DNA from: Thermodesulfobacteriota bacterium | GTDB taxonomy: Bacteria; Desulfobacterota_D; UBA1144; Nemesobacterales; UBA2774 | Reading direction: 5' to 3' | Assembly: GCA_963422265.1 (NCBI GenBank) | Contig: OY729416.1 | Coordinates: 64,001 to 128,000 of the forward strand | DNA: 64,000 nt | In this document: one piece after another, positions 10,943-23,267 of the stretch | Position numbering within the stretch: position 1 is the first letter of the stretch | Layout of the letters: every line of letters begins with the position of its first letter | Program-made: the position numbers and the translations under genes | Notes under the pieces: model-generated | Databases searched by the model: none | Seen by the model: only the letters and a program-made list of their open reading frames with translations | Told to the model about the DNA's origin: nothing

Positions 10943-11103
10943 TATAATTAAAGTTAAGCAATACATATTTGCAAGCGATCTTTGACAATTGAACGTTGTG
11001 CTGAGAAAAAATCGAGACGTGTTTTATTATTTATTTACGGCTTTTTATAAGCATGTCCCTGTGAAAGCAGGGATATAATTGCACGGTGGTTTTCATACCT
11101 TGC

Positions 11104-14094
<2,991 letters not shown>

Positions 14095-14203
14095 CGGGGT
14101 TATGAAAATTACCGTGGACACGCTTGATACCTCAGCGCAACGTTCAATTGTCAAATGTTTCGTTCCTTGCCGTCTATTCCCTCCTACGCCTACTGAATTT
14201 CTG

Positions 14204-14455
14204 CTTACGCAGGAATAACGGGCTGGGTTATGAATTCCCACCCCTTCCATAATTCGTAGGGGTAACCCTTGTGGTTACCCACACCACCACACCTCAGGGT
14301 GACCACAAGGGTTGCCCCGTCATTCCCAACTTGATTGGGAATCCAGGAATGGTTCAGTAGGCTCACCAACCAGAGGATTGGGGAATGATCACCATTTTCT
14401 ATATACCCCCCCCTTTTTTTAGAAAAAGAGGATACTGGGGGATTTGATAGGGTGT
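14204..14455. repeat. REP-like mosaic cluster downstream of 23S
   Basis: GTAGGGGTAACCCTTGTGGTTACCC pair, ATTCCC-N9-GGGAAT hairpin and a CCCCCTTTT..GGGGGATTT unit; homologous to 36625-36756, 44020-44126 and 57791-57870. Confidence 0.85.
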
Positions 14456-14458
14456 TAG

Positions 14459-15385
14459 TCAAAGGATACTTAGTAACGCCGTGGCAAGGGCACGGGCTTT
14501 TTCTCTATCGGCCATCAGCGTATTGACGACAAAGGACTCTATGCCGATTTCGTTTATTTCCTGCGCCTCGCTGGAGTCTTTGGTATCTATTACCATAACA
14601 TCTAAAAAATCCTGATAGAGTCTCGCTATCTGAGTTGATGAAACTCTTAATCCAAGACCCTTCATTAGCCTATCAGCCGGTCCCCTTAGAGGCACTCCCC
14701 CTATTAAGGGACTTATGCCAATTATTTTTGCCTCCGAGAACTCCAGAGCTTTTCTAATACCATGCACTTGCAATATGGGACCAACACTTATAATAGGATT
14801 GCTTGGGCAAATTATTATCACCCTTGATTCTTTAATCGCCTCCAGCACTCCTGGGGCAGGTTCGGCTTGGTCAATGCCTCTTATCGTAACCCTGTTCACC
14901 TCAATATCCATTTTCCTTTTTACTAAATATTCCTGAAAGTGTATCTCGCCCTCGCACGTCACTACCCACGTCTCGACGTCGGCATCGGTCATCGGCAGGA
15001 TGCTTACGTTGTCGGGAAGCCCCAAATCAGCAGCTATCTTTGACGTTATTTCGCTAGAGGTAAAGCCCTTTTGTTTGAGGCTGGTTCTGAGTATATGGGT
15101 TGCCAGGTCCCTATCACCCAGATTAAACCACGTATCGAGTCCAAAACCGCCTAGCGCCTTAAGGCAGTGAAAGGTGTCGCCCTTAAGTCCCCAGCCCTTT
15201 TGTTTATCGACAATACCACAAAGCCTATATATTATCGTGTCCACATCAGGGGAGATTCTTAAGCCCGAGAAAGTAATATCGTCAGCGGTATTTACAACCA
15301 CGTTGAGGTGCTCTTGCCCAATAATGGCGAGCAGACCTTCCAAGAATTTGGAAGCCCCAACCCCACCTCCCAAAGCCGTTATCAT
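14459..15385 (-). CDS. cofD: 2-phospho-L-lactate transferase (F420 biosynthesis)
   Basis: LGGGVGASKF, NTADD, SPDVDT, WFNLGDRDLATH, HFQEY, PSNP. Confidence 0.95.
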   Translation of the reverse strand: MITALGGGVGASKFLEGLLAIIGQEHLNVVVNTADDITFSGLRISPDVDTIIYRLCGIVDKQKGWGLKGDTFHCLKALGGFGLDTWFNLGDRDLATHILRTSLKQKGFTSSEITSKIAADLGLPDNVSILPMTDADVETWVVTCEGEIHFQEYLVKRKMDIEVNRVTIRGIDQAEPAPGVLEAIKESRVIIICPSNPIISVGPILQVHGIRKALEFSEAKIIGISPLIGGVPLRGPADRLMKGLGLRVSSTQIARLYQDFLDVMVIDTKDSSEAQEINEIGIESFVVNTLMADREKARALATALLSIL

Positions 15386-15791
15386 CCTAAGAAACCTCGT
15401 AGGGTGAGAAGAATGGACAAAATCAGAATTAATCCTCTTTAATTTATGATCAGGAATTCATTCTCAGATAAGGTGAGGTTAGGATATTTGAGGAGGCGCC
15501 GGGTGTCAAGTTGGGTAGCCATTGCCAACCGGAGAAAAAACGGCTTCGGATGCATGAGCTCTTAGCAAGTATCTCAAATCTCCTTTTTCTAATGACATCT
15601 GCAGGTATGTCTTGAGCAGAGTTTAAGGATAGTTTCGCCTCATCGTTGCTTGCTAATCTGGCTATACTATGTATTTTAATTGGGCAAGCGTCTAGCGAAT
15701 ATGGGGATAGATATGATGGAGGGGATAGATACGGAATATGATATGACGGAATAGATTATGAAAGAGAAACAAATAGAGGAACGTTAAGTCT

Positions 15792-17411
15792 ATGAGCCTT
15801 GACCTTATAAGAAGAAAACACAAGTGGCTTACAAGAATCGTCCTGTTCTTCATTTCAGCTACGTTCATTTTCGGCATCGGATACTTTACAACCGATTTTG
15901 GCTCTTTCACAGGTGGTGCAACCGAGTCGGCGGCTAAGGTAAACGGCGAGAACGTCAGCTTTACCGAATTCTACCTGCAGCGAAATAGTATAGTGTCAAG
16001 ATTGAGAGAGCAGGGAATCAGCGATCCTTCCACACTAGGCATATCGGACGCGCAAATTGACGCGTCGGCTCTTGAGAACTCTATTGACTTAAAGCTACTG
16101 GCGCAAAAAGCAAGAGAACTTGGTTTCATAGTGAGCGACAAGGAAGTGAACGAGTTGATTCATTCTAATCCCAGTTTTCAGTCAGAGGGCAAATTTATCG
16201 GCACGGAAAACTACAAGAACTTTATTAAGCAAGCTCTAAACATGATGCCCGAAGAGTTTGAACAATATACGAGAGAGCAAACCCTAGCGCAAAGGCTACT
16301 GGAATTTATAGAACGAACGGCAATAGTAAGTGATGCGGGCCTACTCAACTCATATAAAAATCAGAACGAGAAAATAAATCTATACTACATAGCCTTTTCA
16401 GGAGATGACTTTACCGATTCGCACCCGCTAGCGGACGACGAAATAGAGAATTATTACAAAACCCACACCATAAGGTTTATGACTCCCGAGCTAAGGGCAA
16501 TCCGCTATCTAATTATAACTCCAGAGATCTTTGAAGCCAGGGCAGAGGTATCGGACGAAGAGATAAGAGCCTATTACAACGCTTATCCCGAGGAATTTAC
16601 GCCCGAAGACGAGGGAGCTACGAAGTCCCTCTCGGACGTAAAGGACGAGATCAAGTCCGAGCTAAAGAAGCAGCGCGGCGAGCAAGCGCTGCAGGAGCTT
16701 TTGGATGCTATTAATAAAGGTGCTTCAGGCGGGAAAACCGTAGATACGACAGCCCAAGAGAACGGCATCAAGTCAATTAGTGAAAGTCCGCTCTTTTCCG
16801 CCTCAGAGATTTTAGATGACATACCGCATGAGATCAGTAAACGGAGCTTTAAGATGAAAAAGGGAGAAACCGCCTTTACCCCTATAGAGACGAGCGTATG
16901 GGTTGTGGAAGTCAAAAAGATCACTCCCCCCCGCGAGAAAAGCCTAGATGAGTCTAAGGAGGAAATAATAGCCCTGCTCAAGAAGCAGAACACCAGAACT
17001 GCGGTTAGACAAAAGGCTGAGGAGACTCTGACAAGACTGAAAAAGATCAAAAAGGAAGCTCTACTAAAGGAGGCGACGGCACTGGGCTTGGAGTTAAAGG
17101 AAACAGGGTTTTTTACGCGGGGCGAAAGTATCTCGGAAATTGGCGTTGAGAATCTCAGTAGCGAGGCTTTTGATATTGACGAGGCATTGTCTGTATCAAA
17201 CAAGCTTTACTCAAGCGGGAATGATTTCTACATAGTTTCTATAAAAGAAAGGCAAAGCGCTAAAATCGAAGAATTTGAGCAGGAAAAATACGCTCTAGAA
17301 GAACAAGAACTCTTTTTACAAAAAAGAGATGTTACCCAAAACTGGCTTGAAGATATGAGAAGAGAGGCAGAAATTAGATCAAATGACGAGCTGTTTTCCA
17401 ATCGGCAATAG
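15792..17411 (+). CDS. SurA N-terminal domain / PpiD-like membrane-anchored chaperone
   Basis: N-terminal TM helix, AAKVNGE, LLAQKARELG..VSD motifs and a degenerate rotamase domain. Confidence 0.85.
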   Translation: MSLDLIRRKHKWLTRIVLFFISATFIFGIGYFTTDFGSFTGGATESAAKVNGENVSFTEFYLQRNSIVSRLREQGISDPSTLGISDAQIDASALENSIDLKLLAQKARELGFIVSDKEVNELIHSNPSFQSEGKFIGTENYKNFIKQALNMMPEEFEQYTREQTLAQRLLEFIERTAIVSDAGLLNSYKNQNEKINLYYIAFSGDDFTDSHPLADDEIENYYKTHTIRFMTPELRAIRYLIITPEIFEARAEVSDEEIRAYYNAYPEEFTPEDEGATKSLSDVKDEIKSELKKQRGEQALQELLDAINKGASGGKTVDTTAQENGIKSISESPLFSASEILDDIPHEISKRSFKMKKGETAFTPIETSVWVVEVKKITPPREKSLDESKEEIIALLKKQNTRTAVRQKAEETLTRLKKIKKEALLKEATALGLELKETGFFTRGESISEIGVENLSSEAFDIDEALSVSNKLYSSGNDFYIVSIKERQSAKIEEFEQEKYALEEQELFLQKRDVTQNWLEDMRREAEIRSNDELFSNRQ

Positions 17412-17461
17412 GAAGCCTCGCTCAAACTCAAACGGCGCAACAGCACGTCCCCAGTAGTAAG

Positions 17462-18793
17462 CTAACCGACTAAAACTATGCCAATGTCCATAACGTTGGT
17501 TCCGGTAGGTCCCGTGATAACAAGATCGCCCAGCTTATCAAAGAAATCATAGGAATTATGGCGAACAAGGTGCTCCCTTGCGCTCACCCCTATCTCCCTT
17601 GCGCGTAGCCTGCTCCATCCATCACAGATTGCCCCCGCCGCGTCAATCTGTCCATCTATACCATCCGTATCACAGAAAAGCCCCACTATGTCGCGCCCCA
17701 TAGCCTCCATACAGAAAGACAGGGCGGTTTCAGTGTTTCTTCCACCTTTTCCGACGCTGTCGCTCGTTAAGGTGACGGTGGTTTCACCTCCGAATATTAT
17801 GCAGGATGGCCTTTCCACGGGGACGTCAAATCTTTCTATATCAAAAGCTATAGAGGCTATTATTTTAGCGACTTCCTTAGCTTCGCCTTTGACTTGTGAA
17901 GAGAGCATTAGCGCATTATAACCCAGGTCTCTTGCCTTTCTTTGTGCTGCTAACAGCGAAGTAAAATTGCCCCCGATTATAAGGTTATGCACCTTTTCTG
18001 GGGGGATTTCCCCTTCCTTGAGGGTTTCCTGGGAGTTCCCTCTTGCCCCTTCCTCGAGATGAACTACCACCTGAGGGGGTAGCTTATGATCTATTTCTAG
18101 CGCTTCTATCACGCGGCAGGCATCATCAAACGTTGTAGAGTCGGGGACGGTGTGCCCTGAGGCTATCGCATCCAATCTATCACTAACCACGTTGGATAGA
18201 ATTAAGGTTATTACCTGAGCAGGTAAGGCTTTTTTAAGAAGCCCCCCGCCTTTTATTTGGGATACATGCTTTCTAACCGCGTTCAGTCCGTTCTTATCTA
18301 CCCCCGACCTAAGGAGGATAGACGTCGTCTTTCTTATGTCATCTAGCGTAAGACCGTGTGAAGGCATTGCTAAAAGGGCACTTCCTCCCCCTGAAATGAG
18401 AAAGATTACGAGATCCTTGCTCTGAGCCCTCTCAAGGATGGATAAAACTTTTGCGGCGGCGGCCAAGCTCCTTTCATTAGGCACGGGATGACTCGAAAGG
18501 TAAAAGTCCAATTTACTAAATTTGTTATAGGGCAGGGAATTAGAGACGACGACTCCTCCATCCAACCTATCACCTAATACTCCTTCTATCGCTTCAGCCA
18601 TAGAGCTTGCGGCTTTCCCGAATGAAATCACAAAGACCGAGTCAAATTCGTCAAGATCATATAACTTGGAATCTACAGTAAGGACGTTCTCCTTGAGGCT
18701 AACGTAATCCAAGACGCATTTTCGCGGGTTAGCGGCTTCTACAGCCTCTCTGTATATCTCAACTGCTTTATCTCTCGCTTGTTTAAAGTCCAT
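17462..18793 (-). CDS. Glycerate 2-kinase (MOFRL/TtuD family), paralog 1
   Basis: FGKAA, SHPVP, LISGGGSAL, GGETTV, GGRN, GPTGTNVMD. Confidence 0.92.
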   Translation of the reverse strand: MDFKQARDKAVEIYREAVEAANPRKCVLDYVSLKENVLTVDSKLYDLDEFDSVFVISFGKAASSMAEAIEGVLGDRLDGGVVVSNSLPYNKFSKLDFYLSSHPVPNERSLAAAAKVLSILERAQSKDLVIFLISGGGSALLAMPSHGLTLDDIRKTTSILLRSGVDKNGLNAVRKHVSQIKGGGLLKKALPAQVITLILSNVVSDRLDAIASGHTVPDSTTFDDACRVIEALEIDHKLPPQVVVHLEEGARGNSQETLKEGEIPPEKVHNLIIGGNFTSLLAAQRKARDLGYNALMLSSQVKGEAKEVAKIIASIAFDIERFDVPVERPSCIIFGGETTVTLTSDSVGKGGRNTETALSFCMEAMGRDIVGLFCDTDGIDGQIDAAGAICDGWSRLRAREIGVSAREHLVRHNSYDFFDKLGDLVITGPTGTNVMDIGIVLVG

Positions 18794-18830
18794 TTATCAT
18801 ACGAATTATCATACGAATCGTAGTCAAAGC

Positions 18831-19319
18831 TTAGTCTCTTCCAAGCTCATCTATTAATTTATCTACGTCTTTTTTCGTGACGTTCTCCTTGAGACTTTCG
18901 TCCACAAGCATTACGGGCGACGTTCCGCACGATGCTAGACATTCTGCTTCCATAAGGGTTATTTGCCCATCCGCCGTAGTCTCACCCGTTTTAATCCTTA
19001 GTCTATCGCACATGTAACGCTCTATGTGTTCAGCCCCCCTTAGCGCGCATGACAACGTTCTGCAGAGCCATATTACGTGTTTTCCAACTGGCTCCGTAAA
19101 GAACATCGTGTAGAACGTGGCGACGTTCCTGACGCTTGCGGGTGAAATCTCTAAAATCTTCGCGACCTTCTCCATAGAATCCGTTGATAGAAATCCGTGC
19201 TCCTTCTGCACCTCCCTAAGCACCGGAATCAATGCCGATTGCTTAGTCTCAGACTTCGAGATTGCCGAATTTATCTTGTCTGTTAGGGTTTGAGAAAAGG
19301 GCATCTTTACGCTCTCCAA
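18831..19319 (-). CDS. nuoE: NADH-quinone oxidoreductase subunit E (stand-alone)
   Basis: VATFYTMF; CRTLSC and ECLASC [2Fe-2S] ligands. Confidence 0.92.
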   Translation of the reverse strand: MESVKMPFSQTLTDKINSAISKSETKQSALIPVLREVQKEHGFLSTDSMEKVAKILEISPASVRNVATFYTMFFTEPVGKHVIWLCRTLSCALRGAEHIERYMCDRLRIKTGETTADGQITLMEAECLASCGTSPVMLVDESLKENVTKKDVDKLIDELGRD

Positions 19320-19385
19320 CTCTTTAGGCTGAAAAGCTTACATGGTTTGATAACGTTCGCAAGACTGGGATAGAAGGGATTGTCG

Positions 19386-20060
19386 CTAGGACCGCGCTGG
19401 TTTCCACGGCGAGTAATCTATTTTGTGTATTACACTCATGGAAAACGATGCAGATCGAGACAGCTTTTCTCCATACTCTAATATCCATTCATGGGGAGCG
19501 TCTGAATAAAAATCGTTAAGCGTCATCCAGCTTCCACTGCTTAGAATTCCGCCGTCTATTACGTTTGCGAGAAACGCAGTCATGTCGCCGCCGTCCATTG
19601 CGTTAATAATTTTACACTCCGCATAAGAGTGAGCATCATTGAGAATGGGACTTCCCGTTATTCCAAGTCTATAGGGTACACCTTTGAATTTCTTTCTTTC
19701 CCTTCCCGTGTAGAAGCCAAAGTTCTTTACTAATTCAAGTTGGTCTTTTCTAAGTAAATGAACCGTAAAAGCCCCGCTATTGGATATGAGCTCGTGAGTG
19801 TAGTTGCCCTTCCAGATACCTACAAGAAGCCTCGGCACTTCGTGTATTATTGAGGACGTAACGACGGTCACGGCGATCTGCCCATTCACCTTGATTTTTT
19901 CAGCTCCATCTCGCCCGGAATCATTAGAACCAGGATCATTAGAACCAGGATCATTAGAACATGAGCTCGTAATAACAACCACCGGAGAAAAAGACCAAAA
20001 AGCCCCTGCTACGACTCCACCTTCTTCTTTACCCATAATAGACATCTTAATTATATTCAA
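19386..20060 (-). CDS. Flavin reductase-like FMN-binding split-barrel protein (start uncertain)
   Basis: PVVVIT, THELISNSGAFTVH, FGFYTGR, TGSPIL; contains an in-frame (SNDPG)n repeat insertion. Confidence 0.85.
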   Translation of the reverse strand: MNIIKMSIMGKEEGGVVAGAFWSFSPVVVITSSCSNDPGSNDPGSNDSGRDGAEKIKVNGQIAVTVVTSSIIHEVPRLLVGIWKGNYTHELISNSGAFTVHLLRKDQLELVKNFGFYTGRERKKFKGVPYRLGITGSPILNDAHSYAECKIINAMDGGDMTAFLANVIDGGILSSGSWMTLNDFYSDAPHEWILEYGEKLSRSASFSMSVIHKIDYSPWKPARS

Positions 20061-20285
20061 GTATTGGGTAAAAGACGAATAAAGAATCTTTCAGACGAGA
20101 GAAATACTGAAGATTGTTACCACGGCAGATTGTTACCACGGCAAAGCGCTAAAATCCCTTGACTTACCGGAAAAAAAGTGTAACTATTCTGATATATATT
20201 AGTTTAGTTAGGAAATCATCTAGTAATTTATGCGGTGCCAAAATTATTTAGTGCCAAAATTATTTAGTGGGAGGTAACAATAAGA

Positions 20286-21020
20286 ATGAGGATGATTCTA
20301 AAAGGAAAACTTGCCTCGGCTGTGATTTGTATCGCTCTAGTAGCATTTCTGGGTTTTGGCTGTGCTTCTAAGAGCGTAATCAGTAAAGCGAACAAGGGGA
20401 TGGCGGATGCCGAGAAGGCTCTACAAGACGCTAAAGCGGCGGGAGCCGAAGGCTTGCCTGAATATCAGGCTGCGGAAGAGCTAATAGCCAAAGCCCGGGC
20501 TATGATGACGGAAGGCAACCACGAGGCGGCTCAGTATTATCTTGAGGAAGCCTCATTCAGAGCTATAGAGGCTAAAGGCAAGGCGGAAAGTCAAGCATAC
20601 GAGAGACAGGCTGACATAGAGGCTGAAGAGGAAAGACTAAGATGGCTAGAGGCTGCTAAGTCCAACTACGGTCTTGTGGATGTATTTTTTGCATTTGACC
20701 AGTCGAGCATCTCGCCTGATTCCAAAACCACGCTGAACAATAACTCAAAAATAATAAAAGATAGCTCCGATAAGTTTCAAGCCGTCATTATAGAGGGTTA
20801 CTGCGACGTGCGCGGCACGGAAGAATATAATCTGGCTCTGGGACAGAGAAGAGCCGATTCGGCGAAGAATTATCTGATTGGTCTCGGTGTTCCCCCTGAA
20901 TTGGTGCAAGCTGTAAGCAAGGGAGAGACCGAGCAGTTCGCCTCCGGTGCTAGCGAGAGTAGCTATGACCAAAACCGAAGGGCTCATTTCGTTCCAGCCG
21001 TGCAATCTCCCGGTCTTTAG
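20286..21020 (+). CDS. pal: Peptidoglycan-associated lipoprotein (OmpA-C domain) with an N-terminal DUF4398-like helical domain
   Basis: Lipobox GFGC; IEGYCDVRGTEEYNLALGQRRA and NRRAHF; lies upstream of cpoB. Confidence 0.85.
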   Translation: MRMILKGKLASAVICIALVAFLGFGCASKSVISKANKGMADAEKALQDAKAAGAEGLPEYQAAEELIAKARAMMTEGNHEAAQYYLEEASFRAIEAKGKAESQAYERQADIEAEEERLRWLEAAKSNYGLVDVFFAFDQSSISPDSKTTLNNNSKIIKDSSDKFQAVIIEGYCDVRGTEEYNLALGQRRADSAKNYLIGLGVPPELVQAVSKGETEQFASGASESSYDQNRRAHFVPAVQSPGL

Positions 21021-21038
21021 AAGTATAGGGTAAGACAG

Positions 21039-21761
21039 ATGACTAAAACCATAAATGTTATTTTGCTAGTCTCAATTTCAGTCCTGGTATCCGGATGCGT
21101 AGCTACCCAAGGGGATATGGGTAGCATTTACGAGCGGCAGAACAGGCTTGAAGCTACGATTGACAGGCTCTCAAGTGAAATTCAAGCAGTTAAAATATCC
21201 CAGGAAGAGACGGCGGGAATAGACGTTGAGCTTAGAGAAAAGGTTTTCCAAATCGAGAACCAGGTGCAGGAGCTTAATAGCTCCTACGAGGATCTCCGTA
21301 GAAAAACGGACAACTTCAGATATAACCCGCCGCCGAGCCTTTCAATTGGTGAGGTGCCCCCCCCTAGTGCTGAAGAACCTAGTGAAAATTCAGTCTATGC
21401 CGAGGCGGAGGGTGCTTTGAGTGATGGAAGATACGAAGAAGCGAGGGAACGGTTTAGATTGTTTCTGTCTAAATACCCCGATTCCTCTAAGGCGGCCGAC
21501 GCTACGTATGGGATCGCCGAATCTTTCTATAGAGAGAAAGAATTTGAGGGTGCTATACTAGCATACCAGAGATTTATCGGTTTCTATCCGGACGACCAAA
21601 GGGTTCCGTTATGCTATTTGAAACAGGGTTCTTCTTTGATAGAGATGGGCAGAAAAGAGGAAGGCAAGTTGTTTTTGGAGATATTAATCGATAAATACCC
21701 GGAATCTGAGGAGGCTAAAACAGCGAAAGAAAATATAAAAGAGCTTGCAATCCAATCCTGA
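21039..21761 (+). CDS. cpoB: Tol-Pal system protein CpoB/YbgF
   Basis: Lipobox VSGC, coiled coil, TPR region (FLSKYPDS, LIDKYPESEEA); follows pal. Confidence 0.85.
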   Translation: MTKTINVILLVSISVLVSGCVATQGDMGSIYERQNRLEATIDRLSSEIQAVKISQEETAGIDVELREKVFQIENQVQELNSSYEDLRRKTDNFRYNPPPSLSIGEVPPPSAEEPSENSVYAEAEGALSDGRYEEARERFRLFLSKYPDSSKAADATYGIAESFYREKEFEGAILAYQRFIGFYPDDQRVPLCYLKQGSSLIEMGRKEEGKLFLEILIDKYPESEEAKTAKENIKELAIQS

Positions 21762-21935
21762 ATGTTTTATTATATTTGACTACTGTATATAAAGGGTGGT
21801 CCGAGTTCTTTAGAGGAACCCTAATGTGAGGACAGAATGTCTAAGAGCGAATACAGCATAGAGTAAAGTAATAAAAACCAAATAAAAACCAATAGGGAAA
21901 GTAAAAAATAGGAAAAAACAGGGAGGTATTATAGA

Positions 21936-22694
21936 ATGAACAACAGTAGTAGTAAGAACGATAAGATAAACGATAAGATAAAAAGACATAGGTTAACGTT
22001 TTTAGGCGTCCCGTTGCTAGTTGTTGCATTACTTTATTTGTCCAGTTGCGCGACACCACCTCCAATAAAAGAGCTTGCGGCTGCCGAGTCCGCCGTAGCC
22101 GTATCAAGAGCAACTTGCGATCAGTGTGGGGAAGACTGTAGCAAAGAGGAGCTAAAAGCCGCTGAATCCACATTAGCCAGAGGCAAGGCTTTATTCGAAG
22201 AATTTTGCTCGGAGCTCGAAGCGCAGAGGGTGCTTATAGATGCTAAAACTAAGGCTGATGACGCTAAGCAGGTATGCACGCCCCCTCCACCGCCCCCCCC
22301 CCCACCGCCACCGCCACCCGATATGAATGATATACTCTTTGATCTTGATAGATCCAACATTAGAGCTGACGCCGCTGCCGTGCTAAAGGAGAATGCTGCG
22401 ATTCTAAGTTTGTATCCTAACATCACCGTGCTTGTAGAAGGATACGCCGACGTTAGAGGTCCGGAGGCTTACAACTCTAAATTAGCACAGGAAAGAGCTG
22501 ACGCCGCCAAAGACTTCCTAGTCAACGAGGGGATAGACCCTTCAAGAATTAGCGTTACCAGCGGTGGTGAAACAGAGCAGTTCGGTACTGGGAAGACGAA
22601 GGAAATTTACCAGTCTAACAGAAGGGCTCACTTCGTCGTTACGTCTCCAACTACCAGGTTAGGCGCAAGGCTTATATTTAAGTACGATAGTTAA
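21936..22694 (+). CDS. Second OmpA/Pal-family lipoprotein with DUF4398-like domain and poly-proline linker
   Basis: Lipobox LSSC, poly-Pro run, VEGYADVRGPEAYNSKLAQERA, NRRAHF. Confidence 0.85.
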   Translation: MNNSSSKNDKINDKIKRHRLTFLGVPLLVVALLYLSSCATPPPIKELAAAESAVAVSRATCDQCGEDCSKEELKAAESTLARGKALFEEFCSELEAQRVLIDAKTKADDAKQVCTPPPPPPPPPPPPPDMNDILFDLDRSNIRADAAAVLKENAAILSLYPNITVLVEGYADVRGPEAYNSKLAQERADAAKDFLVNEGIDPSRISVTSGGETEQFGTGKTKEIYQSNRRAHFVVTSPTTRLGARLIFKYDS

Positions 22695-22757
22695 AAAGAT
22701 GCGTTTCCACACTTATAAAGCTTTATAAAGGAGCCGCCTCCCTAGAGATGCATTGTC

Positions 22758-22789
22758 AAAAAAGGCGAGCACGAAGACTCGCCTTTTTT
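22758..22789. terminator. Bidirectional intrinsic terminator
   Basis: AAAAAAGGCGAG-loop-CTCGCCTTTTTT between convergent genes. Confidence 0.85.
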
Positions 22790-22836
22790 GTTATTCTTTA
22801 ACTACTCCTTGATAAGTAGAGGTTGCATCACTCGTT

Positions 22837-23055
22837 TTAACTCTTCTTCCACTTTAACCACCGGGTTTTTATCAAAAACCACCATTCCCTTAGACTGAGA
22901 CCATTAGGAGGCTGTAGATGTCTTGGTTGATTCCAGTGCCGATACTTTTTAGGTATGCTCCCGGGAGAATGCACTAAGAGTTCTGCGTAACTGTCGTTCT
23001 CAACTAACTCTGTAAAGAGCTCTTCGTATAGAGGTGGTTTGAGCGGCAACTTCAT
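22837..23055 (-). pseudogene. Truncated N-terminal remnant of a Fic-family protein
   Basis: MKLPLKPP...YRHWNQPRHLQPPNGLSLREWWFLIK resembles, from recall, the N-terminus of long Fic proteins; no HPFxxGNGR domain follows. Confidence 0.6.
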
Positions 23056-23111
23056 ATGATAAAACATCCCTTCTTAATGCAATCTTACACCTCAATTTAT
23101 TTCAACAAATA

Positions 23112-23152
23112 CTAACAATATACTAATTTTGTTAAATTTAGTATATTGTTAG
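23112..23152. promoter_or_regulatory. Perfect 15-bp inverted repeat (putative operator)
   Basis: CTAACAATATACTAA-11nt-TTAGTATATTGTTAG between the divergent Fic remnant and hemL. Confidence 0.6.
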
Positions 23153-23267
23153 ACGCGAGCAACCTACCTGCTAAGTAAAAGCTTATGTCTTCCTTCTTGA
23201 CACCCACCCACACTCCATGTTTACTAATAGTTGTTTACCACCCTTCTCATACGCTAAGTAGAGAGAT

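Noticed and set aside
14205-14462. Short ORFs over repeat clusters (also 36561-36758 and 57741-57960)
   Set aside because: Translations of REP palindromes with no RBS or family motifs
16583-17203. Long antisense ORFs (also 55584-56177)
   Set aside because: Shadow frames of well-supported genes on the opposite strand
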